Counted from the first letter of the stretch, positions 30,715-43,047 are shown. The stretch: DNA of 64,000 nucleotides from an uncultured Gemmatimonadales bacterium (GCA_963779755.1 CAVZZO010000001.1:1856001-1920000); one strand, 5' to 3'. The notes: generated by a model not told the origin, from the sequence alone. A program made the numbers and translations.

Positions 30715-31392
30715 ATGGCGGAAACGCCGCACCAGCCCCGGCGCGGAAGCGCCATTCCCCTGCTGGTCATCTTCGCATTCCTGATTCTCGCCGGGATCCT
30801 GGTCTGGGTCGTCCGGCCTCGGTGGGCCGATACCGATCACCGGGAGGCCGCGGCTTTGCCGGCCGATTCTTCCCCGGCTGCGGAGAGGCCGGCGCGACCG
30901 CCGGCCGCGCGGGCCCCGGGCCCAGCGGTCTCGGTTTCGATCGGCCCGGATTTCGACGGCCGTGATATCCGGCGCATCCCGCTGGGCACCATTCTGAACT
31001 ACGCCAGCCGGACCTTGACGTTCGATGAATCCCGCGGAGGCGAGGCCACGCTCCGGGGCAGCGGCGCCAGCGTGCGGATCGCTCCGGAGCACTCCGTGGG
31101 GTATCTGACGCGCGATGAACTGGGCGAAGGGCGCATTGTTGCCCGCATCAGGAGCGATAGCGCGGTTCCCGATCTGGGGCTGGCCAGCGGGCTGAACTAC
31201 CTCTGGATGGAGCAGGGGGACCGGGGCCTGCGGGGCGTGGTCATTCCCGCCACCGCCTTCTCGCCGCTGCACCAGCTGGATCGGATTGTCGTCAGCCGGC
31301 CGGCCGCGCGGGGCCTCTCCCCCACCCGGGGGGCGTCCTGGGTCGAAGTGAAGGGTCGGACCGTGCCCTGGGTGGCGTGCGCGCGGTGCTGA
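30715..31392 (+). CDS. Hypothetical membrane-anchored protein with C-terminal CxxC
   Basis: GGAGGA SD, one N-terminal TM (IPLLVIFAFLILAGILVWVV), Pro/Ala linker, ends WVACARC*. Confidence 0.65.
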   Translation: MAETPHQPRRGSAIPLLVIFAFLILAGILVWVVRPRWADTDHREAAALPADSSPAAERPARPPAARAPGPAVSVSIGPDFDGRDIRRIPLGTILNYASRTLTFDESRGGEATLRGSGASVRIAPEHSVGYLTRDELGEGRIVARIRSDSAVPDLGLASGLNYLWMEQGDRGLRGVVIPATAFSPLHQLDRIVVSRPAARGLSPTRGASWVEVKGRTVPWVACARC

Positions 31393-31478
31393 ACGGCGGC
31401 TGACCGTCTTCAGTTTCCCGCACCGGGCCGCGATGTTTTTTCCTACCGCCAGGCGCCGCCCCCGGGCTAGCCTGGTGC

Positions 31479-32153
31479 ATGGCGGATCCCCCGGCCCTTC
31501 TCGACCTCCCCCGTGAGCGTCTCTGGACGCTGGGCGCCGGCGCGCTGAGCCTGGCCGAACTGATCGCCGTCTTGCTGGGAACCGGCGGCCATGGCCGTTC
31601 GGCGCTGCAGGTGGCCAGACTCCTGCTGGAGCAGGGCGAGGGGTCGCTCCGGCGCCTGGCGGCGCGGCCCCGGGCCGAGTTGCTCCGGGCCCCCGGCGTG
31701 GGCCCCACCAAGGCGGCCCGGCTGGCCGCCGCCTTCGAGCTGGCCGCCCGGATGACGCTGGAGAGCCGGCCCCCCCTGGTGCGGATCCGCGAGCCGGAGG
31801 ATGTGGCCCGGCTGTTCGCCGCCCGGCTTCGGGACCTGCAAGTCGAAGAGTTTCACCTACTTGCGCTCGACAGCCAGAGCCAGGTGCTGCGGGAGATTCT
31901 GGTAACCCGGGGGTTGCTCAACAGTTCGCTGGTGCACCCCCGCGAGGTGTTCCGGCTTGCCATCGCCGAAGCGGCAGCCGGTATTATCGTTATACATAAC
32001 CACCCCAGCGGAGATCCGACTCCCTCCGCGGAGGACCGCGCCGTGACCCGGCAACTGGTGGAGGCCGGGCGCCTGCTGGATCTCCCGGTCTATGACCACG
32101 TGATCATTGCCGGCGACCGGTGGGTGAGCTTCGCGTCGGCAGGGTGGTTGTAA
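31479..32153 (+). CDS. radC: RadC-family (JAB/MPN) protein
   Basis: PRERL...LS.AELIAVLLGTG, HhH PGVGPTKA, VHPREVF, HNHPSGDPTPSAED, DHVII. Confidence 0.94.
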   Translation: MADPPALLDLPRERLWTLGAGALSLAELIAVLLGTGGHGRSALQVARLLLEQGEGSLRRLAARPRAELLRAPGVGPTKAARLAAAFELAARMTLESRPPLVRIREPEDVARLFAARLRDLQVEEFHLLALDSQSQVLREILVTRGLLNSSLVHPREVFRLAIAEAAAGIIVIHNHPSGDPTPSAEDRAVTRQLVEAGRLLDLPVYDHVIIAGDRWVSFASAGWL

Positions 32154-32157
32154 CGGA

Positions 32158-32220
32158 AGTCGCTAGTCACTAGTCGCTAGCGGCCGATTCCCTGGTGACT
32201 AACGACTAACGACTAACGAC
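32158..32220. repeat. Imperfect inverted heptamer tandem-repeat element filling the radC-spoT spacer
   Basis: AGTCGCT AGTCACT AGTCGCT AG ... CTGGT (GACTAAC)x3 GAC. Confidence 0.85.
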
Positions 32221-32226
32221 CTTCTC

Positions 32227-34404
<2,178 letters not shown>

Positions 34405-34407
34405 AGA

Positions 34408-34435
34408 AGTCGTCAGCCGCCAGTCACCAGTCCAC
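34408..34435 (+). repeat. Degenerate heptamer tandem repeat after spoT
   Basis: AGTCGTC AGCCGCC AGTCACC AGTCCAC. Confidence 0.5.
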
Positions 34436-34458
34436 GCCGCCACAGTCGGATACCCCCC

Positions 34459-34866
34459 ATGTACTGGATTCTCAAGACCGAGCCCTCGACCTATTCCTTT
34501 GACGACCTTGTGCGGGAGAAACGCACGACCTGGGACGGGGTGCGGAATCCGGTCGCCCTCAAGCACCTCCGCGCCATGCAGGCAGGCGACGAGGTCCTGA
34601 TCTACCACACCGGAAAAGAAAAGGCCGTGGTGGGCCGGTCGAGGGTGGCCCGGGCCGCGTATCCCGATCCGAAGGCGGGCGACGCCAGGCTCGTGGTGAT
34701 TGATCTGGAGGCCGGCCCCGCCGCTCCACGCCGGGTGACTCTGGCGGAGATCAAAGCCGAACCCGCCTTCAGGGATCTGGCCCTGGTGCGCCAGGGACGG
34801 CTGTCGGTGGTGCCGGTGCCGCCGGAGCTCTGGAACAGGCTCCGGTCCATGGCTGGATTCCCTTGA
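34459..34866 (+). CDS. EVE domain protein
   Basis: YWILKTEP..YSFDDL, WDGVRN, AYPDP, RLSVVPV. Confidence 0.92.
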   Translation: MYWILKTEPSTYSFDDLVREKRTTWDGVRNPVALKHLRAMQAGDEVLIYHTGKEKAVVGRSRVARAAYPDPKAGDARLVVIDLEAGPAAPRRVTLAEIKAEPAFRDLALVRQGRLSVVPVPPELWNRLRSMAGFP

Positions 34867-34895
34867 GCCTCTCGAGCTTCTGGACCAGTAGTTGA

Positions 34896-34980
34896 GTCGA
34901 AGGTCAAAGGTCGAAGGTCAAACTCCGGAAGTTCACCAGGCGCTGCAGTTGCACTGGAATTCGACCTTCGACCTTCGACC
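34896..34980. repeat. Inverted heptamer tandem-repeat element upstream of uvrB
   Basis: GTCGAAG GTCAAAG GTCGAAG GTCAAA (34896-34922) ... (TTCGACC)x3 (34960-34980). Confidence 0.88.
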
Positions 34981-35023
34981 GCCGAGCGCCCGGCCGTTCG
35001 CCGCCCTCGACTATATTCCCGGC

Positions 35024-37081
35024 ATGTCCGTCCAGTCTTTCCAGGTCGTCGCGCCGTTCGAGCCCGCCGGAGACCAGCCGCACGCCATCGAGCAGCTGAC
35101 GGCCGGCCTGGTGGCCGGACGGAAATACCAGACGCTGCTCGGCGTCACCGGCAGCGGCAAGACGATGACCCTGGCGCACGTCATCGCGAAGTACGGCAAG
35201 CCCACCCTGGTGCTGTCGCACAACAAGACCCTCGCGGCCCAGCTCTACGGCGAGCTGCGGCAGTTCCTGCCGCACAACGCCGTCGAGTATTTCGTGTCCT
35301 ATTACGACTACTACCAGCCGGAAGCGTACGTCCCCACCACCGACCTCTATATCGAGAAGGACGCCTCGCGCAACGAAGACATTGAAGCGCTCCGGCTCCG
35401 GGCCACCACCAGCCTGGCCGAGCGGGACGACGTCGTCATCGTGGCCACGGTCAGCGCCATCTACGGCCTGGGCGATCCGGTGGAGTACCGCAACCTGATC
35501 GCCGGCGTTCGGGTGGGCGAGGAGCGGGGACGCGACGATATCCTGGCGGACCTGGTCCGGATCCAGTACCAGCGCAACGACGTCGCCTTCGAGCCCGGCA
35601 CCTTCCGGGTCCGGGGCGACACCATCGAGATCTTCCCCGCCTACGATGAAGTTGCGGTGCGCATCGAGCTCTGGGGCGACCTGGTCGAGCGGATCACCAA
35701 GTTCCATCCGGTGAGCGGCCAGACGGTGGCGCAGCTGGACCGCTGCGCGATCTATCCCGCCACCCACTTCGTCACCCAGCGTTCCACCGTGGAGCGCGCG
35801 GTGGTGCGGATCCGCGAAGAGCTGGACGACCGTCTGCGAGTGCTGCGCGGCAGCGGTCGGCTGCTGGAGGCGCAGCGGCTGGAAAGCCGGACCAATTTCG
35901 ATATCGAGATGATGCTCGAGGTGGGCACCTGCGCCGGCATCGAGAACTACAGCCGGCACATCAGCGGCCGGGCCGAGGGCGAGCGCCCCGCCTGCCTGCT
36001 GGACTACTTCCCGCCCGAGTTCCTCGCGGTCGTGGACGAATCCCATGTCACCCTGCCGCAGGTTGGCGGCATGTACAACGGCGACCGCGCCCGCAAATCC
36101 ACGCTGGTGGAATACGGATTCCGGCTGCCCTCGGCGCTGGACAACCGGCCGTTGCAATTCGACGAATTCATGACCCTGGTGCCGCAGATGGTCTGCGTCT
36201 CCGCCACCCCGGGAGACTTCGAGCTGCGGCTCTCCGAGGGCCATGTGGTGGAGCAGATCATCCGCCCCACCGGGCTGATCGACCCGATAGTCTCGGTCCG
36301 GCCGGTCCGGGGGCAGGTGGACGACCTGCTGGAAGAGATCCGCCAGCGCACCGCCAGGAACGAGCGCGTCCTGGTGACGACGCTGACCAAGCGCATGGCG
36401 GAAGACCTGACCGACTATCTGCAGCAGACCGGCATGCGGGTCCGCTACCTGCATTCGGACATCGACGCCATCGAGCGTATGGAAATTCTGCGGGGACTCC
36501 GGCTGGGCGATTTCGACGTGCTGGTCGGCATCAATTTGCTGCGCGAGGGGCTCGATCTGCCGGAGGTATCGCTGGTCGCCATACTCGATGCGGACCAGGA
36601 AGGCTTCCTCCGCTCCGACCGGTCGCTCATCCAGACGGTAGGGCGCGCCGCGCGCAATGTGCACGGCCAGGCCATTCTCTACGCCGATCGGATGACCGGC
36701 TCCATGGAGCGCGCCCTGGCCGAGATGGACCGGCGGCGCGCCATCCAGCAGCAGTACAACCAGGACCATGGGATCACGCCGGTCTCGATCGTGAAGTCGC
36801 TGGAGCAGGTCCGTCTCTCTACCCGCGTGGCCGACGCCCGCACCCAGCGCCCCCCCGCGCAGACCGCCGCCATCGCCGGCGGCGACCTGCACGATCCCGA
36901 GCAGCGCGCGCGCGCCATCGAAGCCCTGGAGCAGCAGATGCGCGAGGCGGCCGCCAATCTGGAATTCGAGATGGCCGCCCTGCTGCGCGATCAGCTGACC
37001 GAGCTGCGTGCCCTGGGCGCGCCCAACGTGCGCCGGGAGTCCCCCTCGCGTCCCCGTGCCCGGACGCGCCGGCGGGCATGA
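35024..37081 (+). CDS. uvrB: Excinuclease ABC subunit B
   Basis: [46 protein letters not shown]-terminal UVR coil; start ATG 35024. Confidence 0.98.
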   Translation: MSVQSFQVVAPFEPAGDQPHAIEQLTAGLVAGRKYQTLLGVTGSGKTMTLAHVIAKYGKPTLVLSHNKTLAAQLYGELRQFLPHNAVEYFVSYYDYYQPEAYVPTTDLYIEKDASRNEDIEALRLRATTSLAERDDVVIVATVSAIYGLGDPVEYRNLIAGVRVGEERGRDDILADLVRIQYQRNDVAFEPGTFRVRGDTIEIFPAYDEVAVRIELWGDLVERITKFHPVSGQTVAQLDRCAIYPATHFVTQRSTVERAVVRIREELDDRLRVLRGSGRLLEAQRLESRTNFDIEMMLEVGTCAGIENYSRHISGRAEGERPACLLDYFPPEFLAVVDESHVTLPQVGGMYNGDRARKSTLVEYGFRLPSALDNRPLQFDEFMTLVPQMVCVSATPGDFELRLSEGHVVEQIIRPTGLIDPIVSVRPVRGQVDDLLEEIRQRTARNERVLVTTLTKRMAEDLTDYLQQTGMRVRYLHSDIDAIERMEILRGLRLGDFDVLVGINLLREGLDLPEVSLVAILDADQEGFLRSDRSLIQTVGRAARNVHGQAILYADRMTGSMERALAEMDRRRAIQQQYNQDHGITPVSIVKSLEQVRLSTRVADARTQRPPAQTAAIAGGDLHDPEQRARAIEALEQQMREAAANLEFEMAALLRDQLTELRALGAPNVRRESPSRPRARTRRRA

Positions 37082-37485
37082 TCCGGCCCCTTACCCAGGC
37101 GGAGCTGGTTGCGGAGGGGCAGTCCCTGGGGCGCGCCCTGCCGCCCGGCAGCATCGTCTTCCTCGAAGGGGAACTCGGGGCGGGGAAGACCACGCTGGTG
37201 CAGGCGCTGGTGCGTGGCCTGGGTGTGCCCGAAGCCACCAGTCCGACCTATGCGCTGGTCCATCGCTATACCGGCCGCCGCGGCCCCGTCTTTCACCTGG
37301 ACTGCTACCGCCTCCGCTCCCCCGACGATGCCGCCGACTTCGACTGGGAGACGATGCTGCGCGAGGGCGACGCCATCCTGATCGAGTGGCCCGAGCGGGC
37401 CGGTTCCTGGGCGCCCGCGCCCACCATGCAATTGCGGCTGCATCACCTGGACGATCCCGTCCTCCGCGGACTGGAGATCGGCTGA
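37078..37485 (+). CDS. tsaE: t6A biosynthesis ATPase TsaE
   Basis: [26 protein letters not shown]. Confidence 0.95.
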   Translation: MIRPLTQAELVAEGQSLGRALPPGSIVFLEGELGAGKTTLVQALVRGLGVPEATSPTYALVHRYTGRRGPVFHLDCYRLRSPDDAADFDWETMLREGDAILIEWPERAGSWAPAPTMQLRLHHLDDPVLRGLEIG

Positions 37486-38213
37486 TGTGGCTGGCACTGG
37501 AGACTTCCGCCGAGCTCGCCTCGGTTGCCCTGGGCACGCCGGGCAAGCCCGGCGCCGAGGTGGTGGTCGAAGGGCCGCGCCGGCATGCCTCCCAGCTGCT
37601 GCCGGCCCTGGAGCGCGCGCTGGTCCAGGCCGGCCGGGCGCCGGGCGACATCACCGGGATCGTCCTGGCCGACGGACCCGGCAGCTTTACCGGGCTCCGC
37701 GTCGCCGCCACAGTCGCGAAAGCGCTGGCGCACGATCGCGGCCTCCCGTTGCGAGCGGCGTCATCGCTCCTGGTGGTGGCATACGGCGGGTGGTGGGAGG
37801 CGATGCGGCCCCAGCCGGCTCGGGTGCGGTCCTTGTCCGATGCCCTCCGGGGCGAGGTGTATGCGGCGCAGTATCGGATCGAGGCGGAGACCATCGGCAT
37901 CGACCTCCCGGCCGGCGTCTTTCGGCCCGGGGCCCTCCCCTCGGGGCTGCCCCGGCCGGACCTGCTGGTCCATGCCCTGCCACCGGCGCTGTCGGACACG
38001 GTGTCGGTCCCCGGCGCCGCCCTCTGTGACGGCCTCCGGGCGCGGCCCCGTGCCGCCACCCTGATTCGTCTGCTGTCGGTCGAGGGAGGTACCCTGCCCG
38101 TGTCGGACATCGCCGGTTGGGAGCCGGAATATGGACGGCCTGCCGAAGCGCAGGCCCGCTGGGAGGCGGCGCATGGCCGACCCCTTCCGGATCCGGGCCG
38201 CGCGCAAGGCTGA
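37485..38213 (+). CDS. tsaB: t6A biosynthesis protein TsaB
   Basis: LALETS, GPGSFTGLRV, DALRGEVY, PEYGR. Confidence 0.93.
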   Translation: MWLALETSAELASVALGTPGKPGAEVVVEGPRRHASQLLPALERALVQAGRAPGDITGIVLADGPGSFTGLRVAATVAKALAHDRGLPLRAASSLLVVAYGGWWEAMRPQPARVRSLSDALRGEVYAAQYRIEAETIGIDLPAGVFRPGALPSGLPRPDLLVHALPPALSDTVSVPGAALCDGLRARPRAATLIRLLSVEGGTLPVSDIAGWEPEYGRPAEAQARWEAAHGRPLPDPGRAQG

Positions 38214-38646
38214 CGTGGCGGCGCTGGGAGCGCTGGAGCCCCGTTGCTTCAGCGATCCCTGGACGCCCGACGCCTTTCGCGAGGTGCTCGCTTCGCCGGC
38301 GGTGAGCGCGCTGGTGGCGGAGAGCGCGGACGGGGCGGTCACCGGGTATCTCATCGGCTGGGTGGCGGCCGACGAGGCCGAGGTCTTGAATCTGGGCGTG
38401 GCCCCGGAGTGGCGCCGCCGGGGCGTGGGCCGGGCGCTGGTGCGCGAAGCCGTCCGGCGGTACCGCGAACTGGGGGCGCGCCAGGTCTTCCTCGATGTCC
38501 GCGAGTCGAACGCGGCAGCCTTGCGACTCTATCAGGACGAAGGCTTCGTGCGGATCGGACGCCGCCGCCGCTATTACCGGCGCCCCGTCGAGGACGCCCT
38601 GGTGCTTCGGGCCGGCCTCGATTCCGATGCGGCGTTTCGTGCCTGA
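38173..38646 (+). CDS. rimI: Ribosomal-protein-alanine N-acetyltransferase
   Basis: FSDPW, EAEVLNLGVAPEWRRRGVG, LDVRESN, RRRYY..P.EDAL. Confidence 0.9.
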   Translation: MADPFRIRAARKADVAALGALEPRCFSDPWTPDAFREVLASPAVSALVAESADGAVTGYLIGWVAADEAEVLNLGVAPEWRRRGVGRALVREAVRRYRELGARQVFLDVRESNAAALRLYQDEGFVRIGRRRRYYRRPVEDALVLRAGLDSDAAFRA

Positions 38647-38747
38647 GGCCGTATCTTTCGGTTAGCCTGACGGGCGCGGACGCATTATTCTTGGCCCCTC
38701 GCTCCAGTCATCCAGTCCCAGTACAGTCCTGAACGCGGGAGGTTGTC

Positions 38748-39221
38748 GTGAGCCGGAGTCTCAACAAGGTGATGCTGATCGGAAACCTCGGCGCCGACCC
38801 CGAGGTCCGCAGCACCGGGAACGGAACCCGGGTCGCCACCGTCTCGCTGGCGACCAGCCGCCGCTGGAACAGCCAGAGCGGCGAAGCCCAGGAAAAAACC
38901 GAGTGGCACCGGGTGATCTGCTGGAACCGCAAGGGCGGCAGCGGGCTCGCCGACGTGGTCGAGAAGTACGCCAAGAAGGGCGACAAGCTCTACGTCGAGG
39001 GCAGTATCGAGTACCGCTCCTGGCAGGATCGCGAAGGCCAGACCCGCTACACCACCGAGATTCGGGCCTCCGAGATCATCCTGCTCGGCAGCCGCGGCGA
39101 CGGTGAGGGCGGGTCGCCCGCGCGGGTCACGGCCGGCGCCGCAGCGCCGCCCCGTAAGGAGGAGTCGTTCGACGACTTCCCCGAAGCGCTCGATTCCGAG
39201 GACGACGATCTGCCGTTCTAG
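38748..39221 (+). CDS. ssb: Single-stranded DNA-binding protein
   Basis: SLNKVMLIGNLGADPEVR, TEWHRV, acidic tail DDDLPF. Confidence 0.98.
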   Translation: MSRSLNKVMLIGNLGADPEVRSTGNGTRVATVSLATSRRWNSQSGEAQEKTEWHRVICWNRKGGSGLADVVEKYAKKGDKLYVEGSIEYRSWQDREGQTRYTTEIRASEIILLGSRGDGEGGSPARVTAGAAAPPRKEESFDDFPEALDSEDDDLPF

Positions 39222-39222
39222 A

Positions 39223-39313
39223 GGGCAAGGCGGCAGGGGCGGCAGGGGCGGCAGGGGCAAGGCATGCCTTGCCCCTGCCGCCCTGCCACCCTGCCGCCCT
39301 CCCGCCTTCCGCC
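39223..39313. repeat. GC-rich 8/9-mer tandem repeats flanking a perfect 38-bp palindrome (REP-like)
   Basis: (CGGCAGGGG)x3 CAAGGCA|TGCCTTG CCCCTGCCG CCCTGCCA CCCTGCCG CCCTCCCG; perfect palindrome 39246-39283. Confidence 0.88.
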
Positions 39314-39431
39314 AGAGCGGCAGCATCCTGCCCTTTACCCCCGCCTGAACCGGTGTTTCACCCTCCCGGGGACCACGCATAAGTCCGCATCCTGTGGAAA
39401 CTTGCGGCGCCGCATCAGGTGTGCCGGCGTA

Positions 39432-39447
39432 TGGCGTTGATTTTGCT
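39432..39447 (+). promoter_or_regulatory. Candidate sigma54 promoter for the LysM gene
   Basis: TGGCGTTGATTTTGCT = GG-N10-GC with TTGC. Confidence 0.6.
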
Positions 39448-39533
39448 GGACTTATATATTGACTCGCACCTCGGCACCAGCCGCTCACCCCCGGTGCCGG
39501 TCCGTTCCAGTCCGTTCTCTGGGAGACCTTACG

Positions 39534-40787
39534 ATGCTCCGTTGCGTTGCGCGGATCCTCTCTGCCCGCTCCACGGCCGGCCCGGCCGCCGCCTTGCTCC
39601 TGCTGCTGGTGCCGGGCCCGCTCCTGGCCCAGGCGCCGGTGCCGGAGACGCATACCGTCAAGAAAGGCGATACCCTCTGGGATATCGCGGGCCAGTACCT
39701 GGGCGATCCGGTCCTCTGGCCGCAGATCTACCGGCTCAACACGGACGTGGTGGAAGATCCGCACTGGATCTTTCCGGGTGAGGTACTGAAGCTCCGGGCT
39801 ACCGAGGGCCCGGTCTCGGCGGTTCCTGCCGAGGCCGCCCCCGCCCCGGGGCAGGTGGCGGAGCAGCAGCCCGCACCGGCGGCCGCCGAGCCCACCCCGC
39901 AGGCCCAGGTCGCGCCACCCGATACCACGGCGGCGATGGTCGTGGTCCAGGAGCCCCCGGCGCCCATGCCGGCGGTGGCGAACCGGTCAGAGGCGGAATC
40001 GGCCTATGCCCAGCCGCTCTCCGGCCTGTTCGGGCGCACCGGCACCCGGGACCTCGACGCCGAGCTCACCGCCTATGTCGAGCAGAACTACCGGCCGCTG
40101 CGCCGCAGCGAGGTGTATTCCTCGGGATTCCTGAGCGAGAATCAACCGCTTCCCTTCGGCGAACTGCTGGGGCCCGTGGCACCCTCCCAGATCGCGAGCA
40201 TCACCAATACGCCGACCGCCCAGCTCTACACCGAGGTGGCGGTCCGGCCGCCGGCCGGGGCCACCTACCAGGTGGGCGATACCCTGCTGATCGTGAATAC
40301 CGAGCCGGCCCTCAACGGAAAGTACGGCGAGGTGGTCATTCCCGCGGGACTGGTGCGGATCACGGACGTGAGCCGGCCGGAGAACCTGGGCGTGGTGGTG
40401 GCGGTCTACGGCCCGGTCCGGCGCGGCCAGCGGGTGATGCCGCTCGAGCCCTTCAACGATCCCGGCCGGGTGCGCCCGGTGCCCATCTCCGACGGAGTGA
40501 CGGCTCAGATCATCCAGTCGCGCGACGGCCAGGTACTGAAAGGCCTTGGCGACGTGCTCTTCCTCGACAAGGGCCGCACCGACGGCGTCGCCCCCGGCGA
40601 TCTGTTCGACGTGGTGCGGCAGGTGGAAGTCCGCGACGGCGGAGCGGCAACCATTCCGGAGACGATCGGAGTGCTGCAGGTGCTCCACGTGCGCGATCAC
40701 ACCGCCACCGTCCGCATCCTGCGCGAGACGTCTCCCGATGTCGGGGCCGGCGCGCAGACGGTGCAGCGGGCGAAGTTGCCAACCTGA
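39534..40787 (+). CDS. Secreted LysM peptidoglycan-binding protein, TsaP-like
   Basis: Signal peptide ending LLA-Q, LysM HTVKKGDTLWDIA..YLGDP..WPQIY..N...EDPHWIFPG, Pro/Ala linker, beta-rich C-terminus. Confidence 0.8.
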   Translation: MLRCVARILSARSTAGPAAALLLLLVPGPLLAQAPVPETHTVKKGDTLWDIAGQYLGDPVLWPQIYRLNTDVVEDPHWIFPGEVLKLRATEGPVSAVPAEAAPAPGQVAEQQPAPAAAEPTPQAQVAPPDTTAAMVVVQEPPAPMPAVANRSEAESAYAQPLSGLFGRTGTRDLDAELTAYVEQNYRPLRRSEVYSSGFLSENQPLPFGELLGPVAPSQIASITNTPTAQLYTEVAVRPPAGATYQVGDTLLIVNTEPALNGKYGEVVIPAGLVRITDVSRPENLGVVVAVYGPVRRGQRVMPLEPFNDPGRVRPVPISDGVTAQIIQSRDGQVLKGLGDVLFLDKGRTDGVAPGDLFDVVRQVEVRDGGAATIPETIGVLQVLHVRDHTATVRILRETSPDVGAGAQTVQRAKLPT

Positions 40788-40806
40788 TACGGCTCCAACC
40801 AGCCGG

Positions 40807-40842
40807 AACGGGGTGCCGCCCACGCGACACCCCGTTTTCTTT
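40807..40842 (+). terminator. Probable intrinsic terminator after the LysM gene
   Basis: AACGGGGTG...CACCCCGTT followed by TTCTTT. Confidence 0.6.
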
Positions 40843-40950
40843 GGTGCAAGCCGTACCTTTTCGGGGAGTCGGGTTTATCCTTCACGCTCGAACAGCGCCC
40901 GGCAAGCGCGGCGGGTTTCCAGGTTCTCACACCATCCCGAGAGGAGTGGC

Positions 40951-41901
40951 ATGACCGGCAAAGTCCTGCTGACCGGAGGTGCAGGGTTCATCGGCTCCCA
41001 TCTGGCCGCCGAATATCTGAAAGCGGGGTGGGACGTGACCGTCATTGACGATCTCTCCCGCGGGCGGGCAGACCAGGTGCCCAGCGGTGTACCGCTGATC
41101 CGGGCGGCGGTGCAGTCGGCCGAAGCACGGCGGGCCGCGGCCGAAGGCGGGTTCGATGTGCTGAATCTTCAGGCGGCGCAGATCGACGTACGCGTCTCGG
41201 TGCGCGAGCCGGCGGTCGATGCCTCCACCAACCTGATGGGTCTCATCAACATGCTGGAAGGCGCGGCGGCCGGCGGCATTCGCCGCGTGGTGTTCGCCAG
41301 CAGCGGCGGCGTGGTCTATGGCGACCCGGAGCAGCTCCCCACCCCTGAAACGGCGCCCAAACAGCCGATCTCGCCCTATGGCGTCAGCAAGCTGGCCGGC
41401 GAGCACTATCTGCGCGCCCTGGGCGTGCTCCGGGGCTTCGAGACCGTCGCCCTGCGCTATGCCAACGTGTACGGCCCCCGACAGGACCCCAAGTCCGAAG
41501 CCGGGGTGGTGTCGATTTTCGTCTCGCACATGCTGGCGGGCGAGCCGCTTACCATCTTCGGCGACGGCGGGCAGACCCGCGACTACGTGTTCGTGCGCGA
41601 CGTGGCCCGGGCCAATGTGCTTGCCAGCACGGCGGCGGTGCCCGCCGCCGGCGATCATGACGCCCGGGCGTTCAACGTGGCGACCTCGCGCCAGCAGTCG
41701 GTGAACGACCTGGCCGAGGCGGTGGGCCGGGTGATGGGGCAGCCGCCCCGCATCGAACGGGCGCCGGAGCGGCCGGGCGAGCTGCAGCGGAGCGCGCTCG
41801 ACATCCGCAAGGCGGAGGCCGTCCTGGGCTGGAAGCCGGAGGTTTCGTTCGAGGACGGGCTGCGGGAAGTCGTGGCCTGGTTCCGGGAGGAGACGTGCTG
41901 A
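40951..41901 (+). CDS. NAD-dependent epimerase/dehydratase (UDP-glucose 4-epimerase-like)
   Basis: TGGAGFIGSH, AAQIDVRVSV, SPYGVSK, RYANVYGPRQ; GAGGAG SD. Confidence 0.88.
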   Translation: MTGKVLLTGGAGFIGSHLAAEYLKAGWDVTVIDDLSRGRADQVPSGVPLIRAAVQSAEARRAAAEGGFDVLNLQAAQIDVRVSVREPAVDASTNLMGLINMLEGAAAGGIRRVVFASSGGVVYGDPEQLPTPETAPKQPISPYGVSKLAGEHYLRALGVLRGFETVALRYANVYGPRQDPKSEAGVVSIFVSHMLAGEPLTIFGDGGQTRDYVFVRDVARANVLASTAAVPAAGDHDARAFNVATSRQQSVNDLAEAVGRVMGQPPRIERAPERPGELQRSALDIRKAEAVLGWKPEVSFEDGLREVVAWFREETC

Positions 41902-42611
41902 TGCTGCAGCAGATCGGTGGAGCGATGCCCAGCTCAGCCCTGGATCTGGTCTGGCGCTCCACTACCGAGACGAAGGTCGTACTCATCATCACGGCGGTCT
42001 TTTCGCTGGCGTCCTGGTTCATCATCGTCTACAAGTGGTGGCAGTTCCGACGGGCCCGCCGCCAGGCCGACCGCTTCTTCGCGGAGCTGGAGCGGACCAC
42101 CCGTCTGGACGACGCCTACCGCTCCGTCATGCGGCTGCCGCCCTCGCCCTACAACCGGATCTTCCGCGAGGGCATGGCCTTCATCGCCGACCTGCGCCCC
42201 ACCGGCAACCCGGAGCGGCAGGTCACCGCCGGTTCCCTGACGGGCACCCAGCTCGAGGCGTTCAAGATGGTCCTGGCCAAGGACATCACGGCGGAACGCG
42301 ACGCCATGGGGCACTATATCCCCTGGCTGGCGACGGTCGGTTCGGTCGGTCCGCTGCTGGGGCTGCTGGGTACGGTGCTGGGCGTCATGTCGGCCTTCAT
42401 CGGCATCGCCTCCAAGGGCTCGGGCAACATCGCCGCCGTGGCGCCCGGCGTGGCCGAAGCGCTGGTGACCACCGTGGCGGGCCTGAGCGCCGCCATCCCG
42501 GCGGTGATCGGCTACAACATCTTCGTCAACCGGCTCAACGTCTTCGCGGCCGAGCTCGAGGGGTTCGCCAACGAGCTGATCGGCACCATGGCGCGGGAGG
42601 GGGTGCTCTAG
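41895..42611 (+). CDS. tolQ: TolQ (MotA/TolQ/ExbB family)
   Basis: LATVGSVGPLLGLLGTVLGVM, VAPGVAEALVTT..GL..AIPAV. Confidence 0.9.
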   Translation: MLMLQQIGGAMPSSALDLVWRSTTETKVVLIITAVFSLASWFIIVYKWWQFRRARRQADRFFAELERTTRLDDAYRSVMRLPPSPYNRIFREGMAFIADLRPTGNPERQVTAGSLTGTQLEAFKMVLAKDITAERDAMGHYIPWLATVGSVGPLLGLLGTVLGVMSAFIGIASKGSGNIAAVAPGVAEALVTTVAGLSAAIPAVIGYNIFVNRLNVFAAELEGFANELIGTMAREGVL

Positions 42612-42612
42612 C

Positions 42613-43047
42613 ATGGCCATGGGGCTGGGGTCCGGCGGCCGGCTGGGGCGGGGCAATCTGCCTCTCAACGCCGATATCAACGTCACCTCGCTGGTGGATG
42701 TGGCGTTCGTGCTGCTCATCATCTTCATGATCACCGCGCCCATCATGCAGGGTGGGGTGGACGTCCAGCTGCCCCGCGCCGAGGCGCGACCCCTCACCGC
42801 CAAGGAGGGGATGGTCATCTCGGTCGACCAGCAGGGGCGCATTTTCATCGACGAGACGCCGGTGAGCTATCGGGACTTCCGGGTCACCTTCGCGTCCATT
42901 GTGGCGACCCGCAAACCCACCGGGGTCTACCTCCGCGCCGACACCCGCGTGCCCTACGGCGACGTGGTCCGGGTGCTGGCGGTGATCCGGGCCGCCGGGG
43001 TCAACGACGTGGGGCTGGTGGCCGAAGAGGAGCAGCGCAGCCCATGA
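42613..43047 (+). CDS. tolR: TolR (ExbD/TolR family)
   Basis: DINVTSLVDVAFVLLIIFMITAP, VYLRAD..VPYG. Confidence 0.9.
   Translation: MAMGLGSGGRLGRGNLPLNADINVTSLVDVAFVLLIIFMITAPIMQGGVDVQLPRAEARPLTAKEGMVISVDQQGRIFIDETPVSYRDFRVTFASIVATRKPTGVYLRADTRVPYGDVVRVLAVIRAAGVNDVGLVAEEEQRSP

Noticed and set aside
31479..32153. radC as a marker of a mobile or anti-defence element
   Set aside because: It is the full-length chromosomal form with N-terminal HhH region among housekeeping genes; no integrase or transposase nearby.
32158..32220. Repeat arrays as a possible CRISPR or mini-CRISPR
   Set aside because: Units are 7-9 nt, directly tandem, with no unique spacers, and there are no cas genes.
34892..35023. 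N-terminal extension of UvrB in the ORF track ([10 protein letters not shown]...FDLRP)
   Set aside because: It is a translation of the heptamer repeat element; UvrB similarity starts at ATG 35024, which has a -10-like box just upstream.
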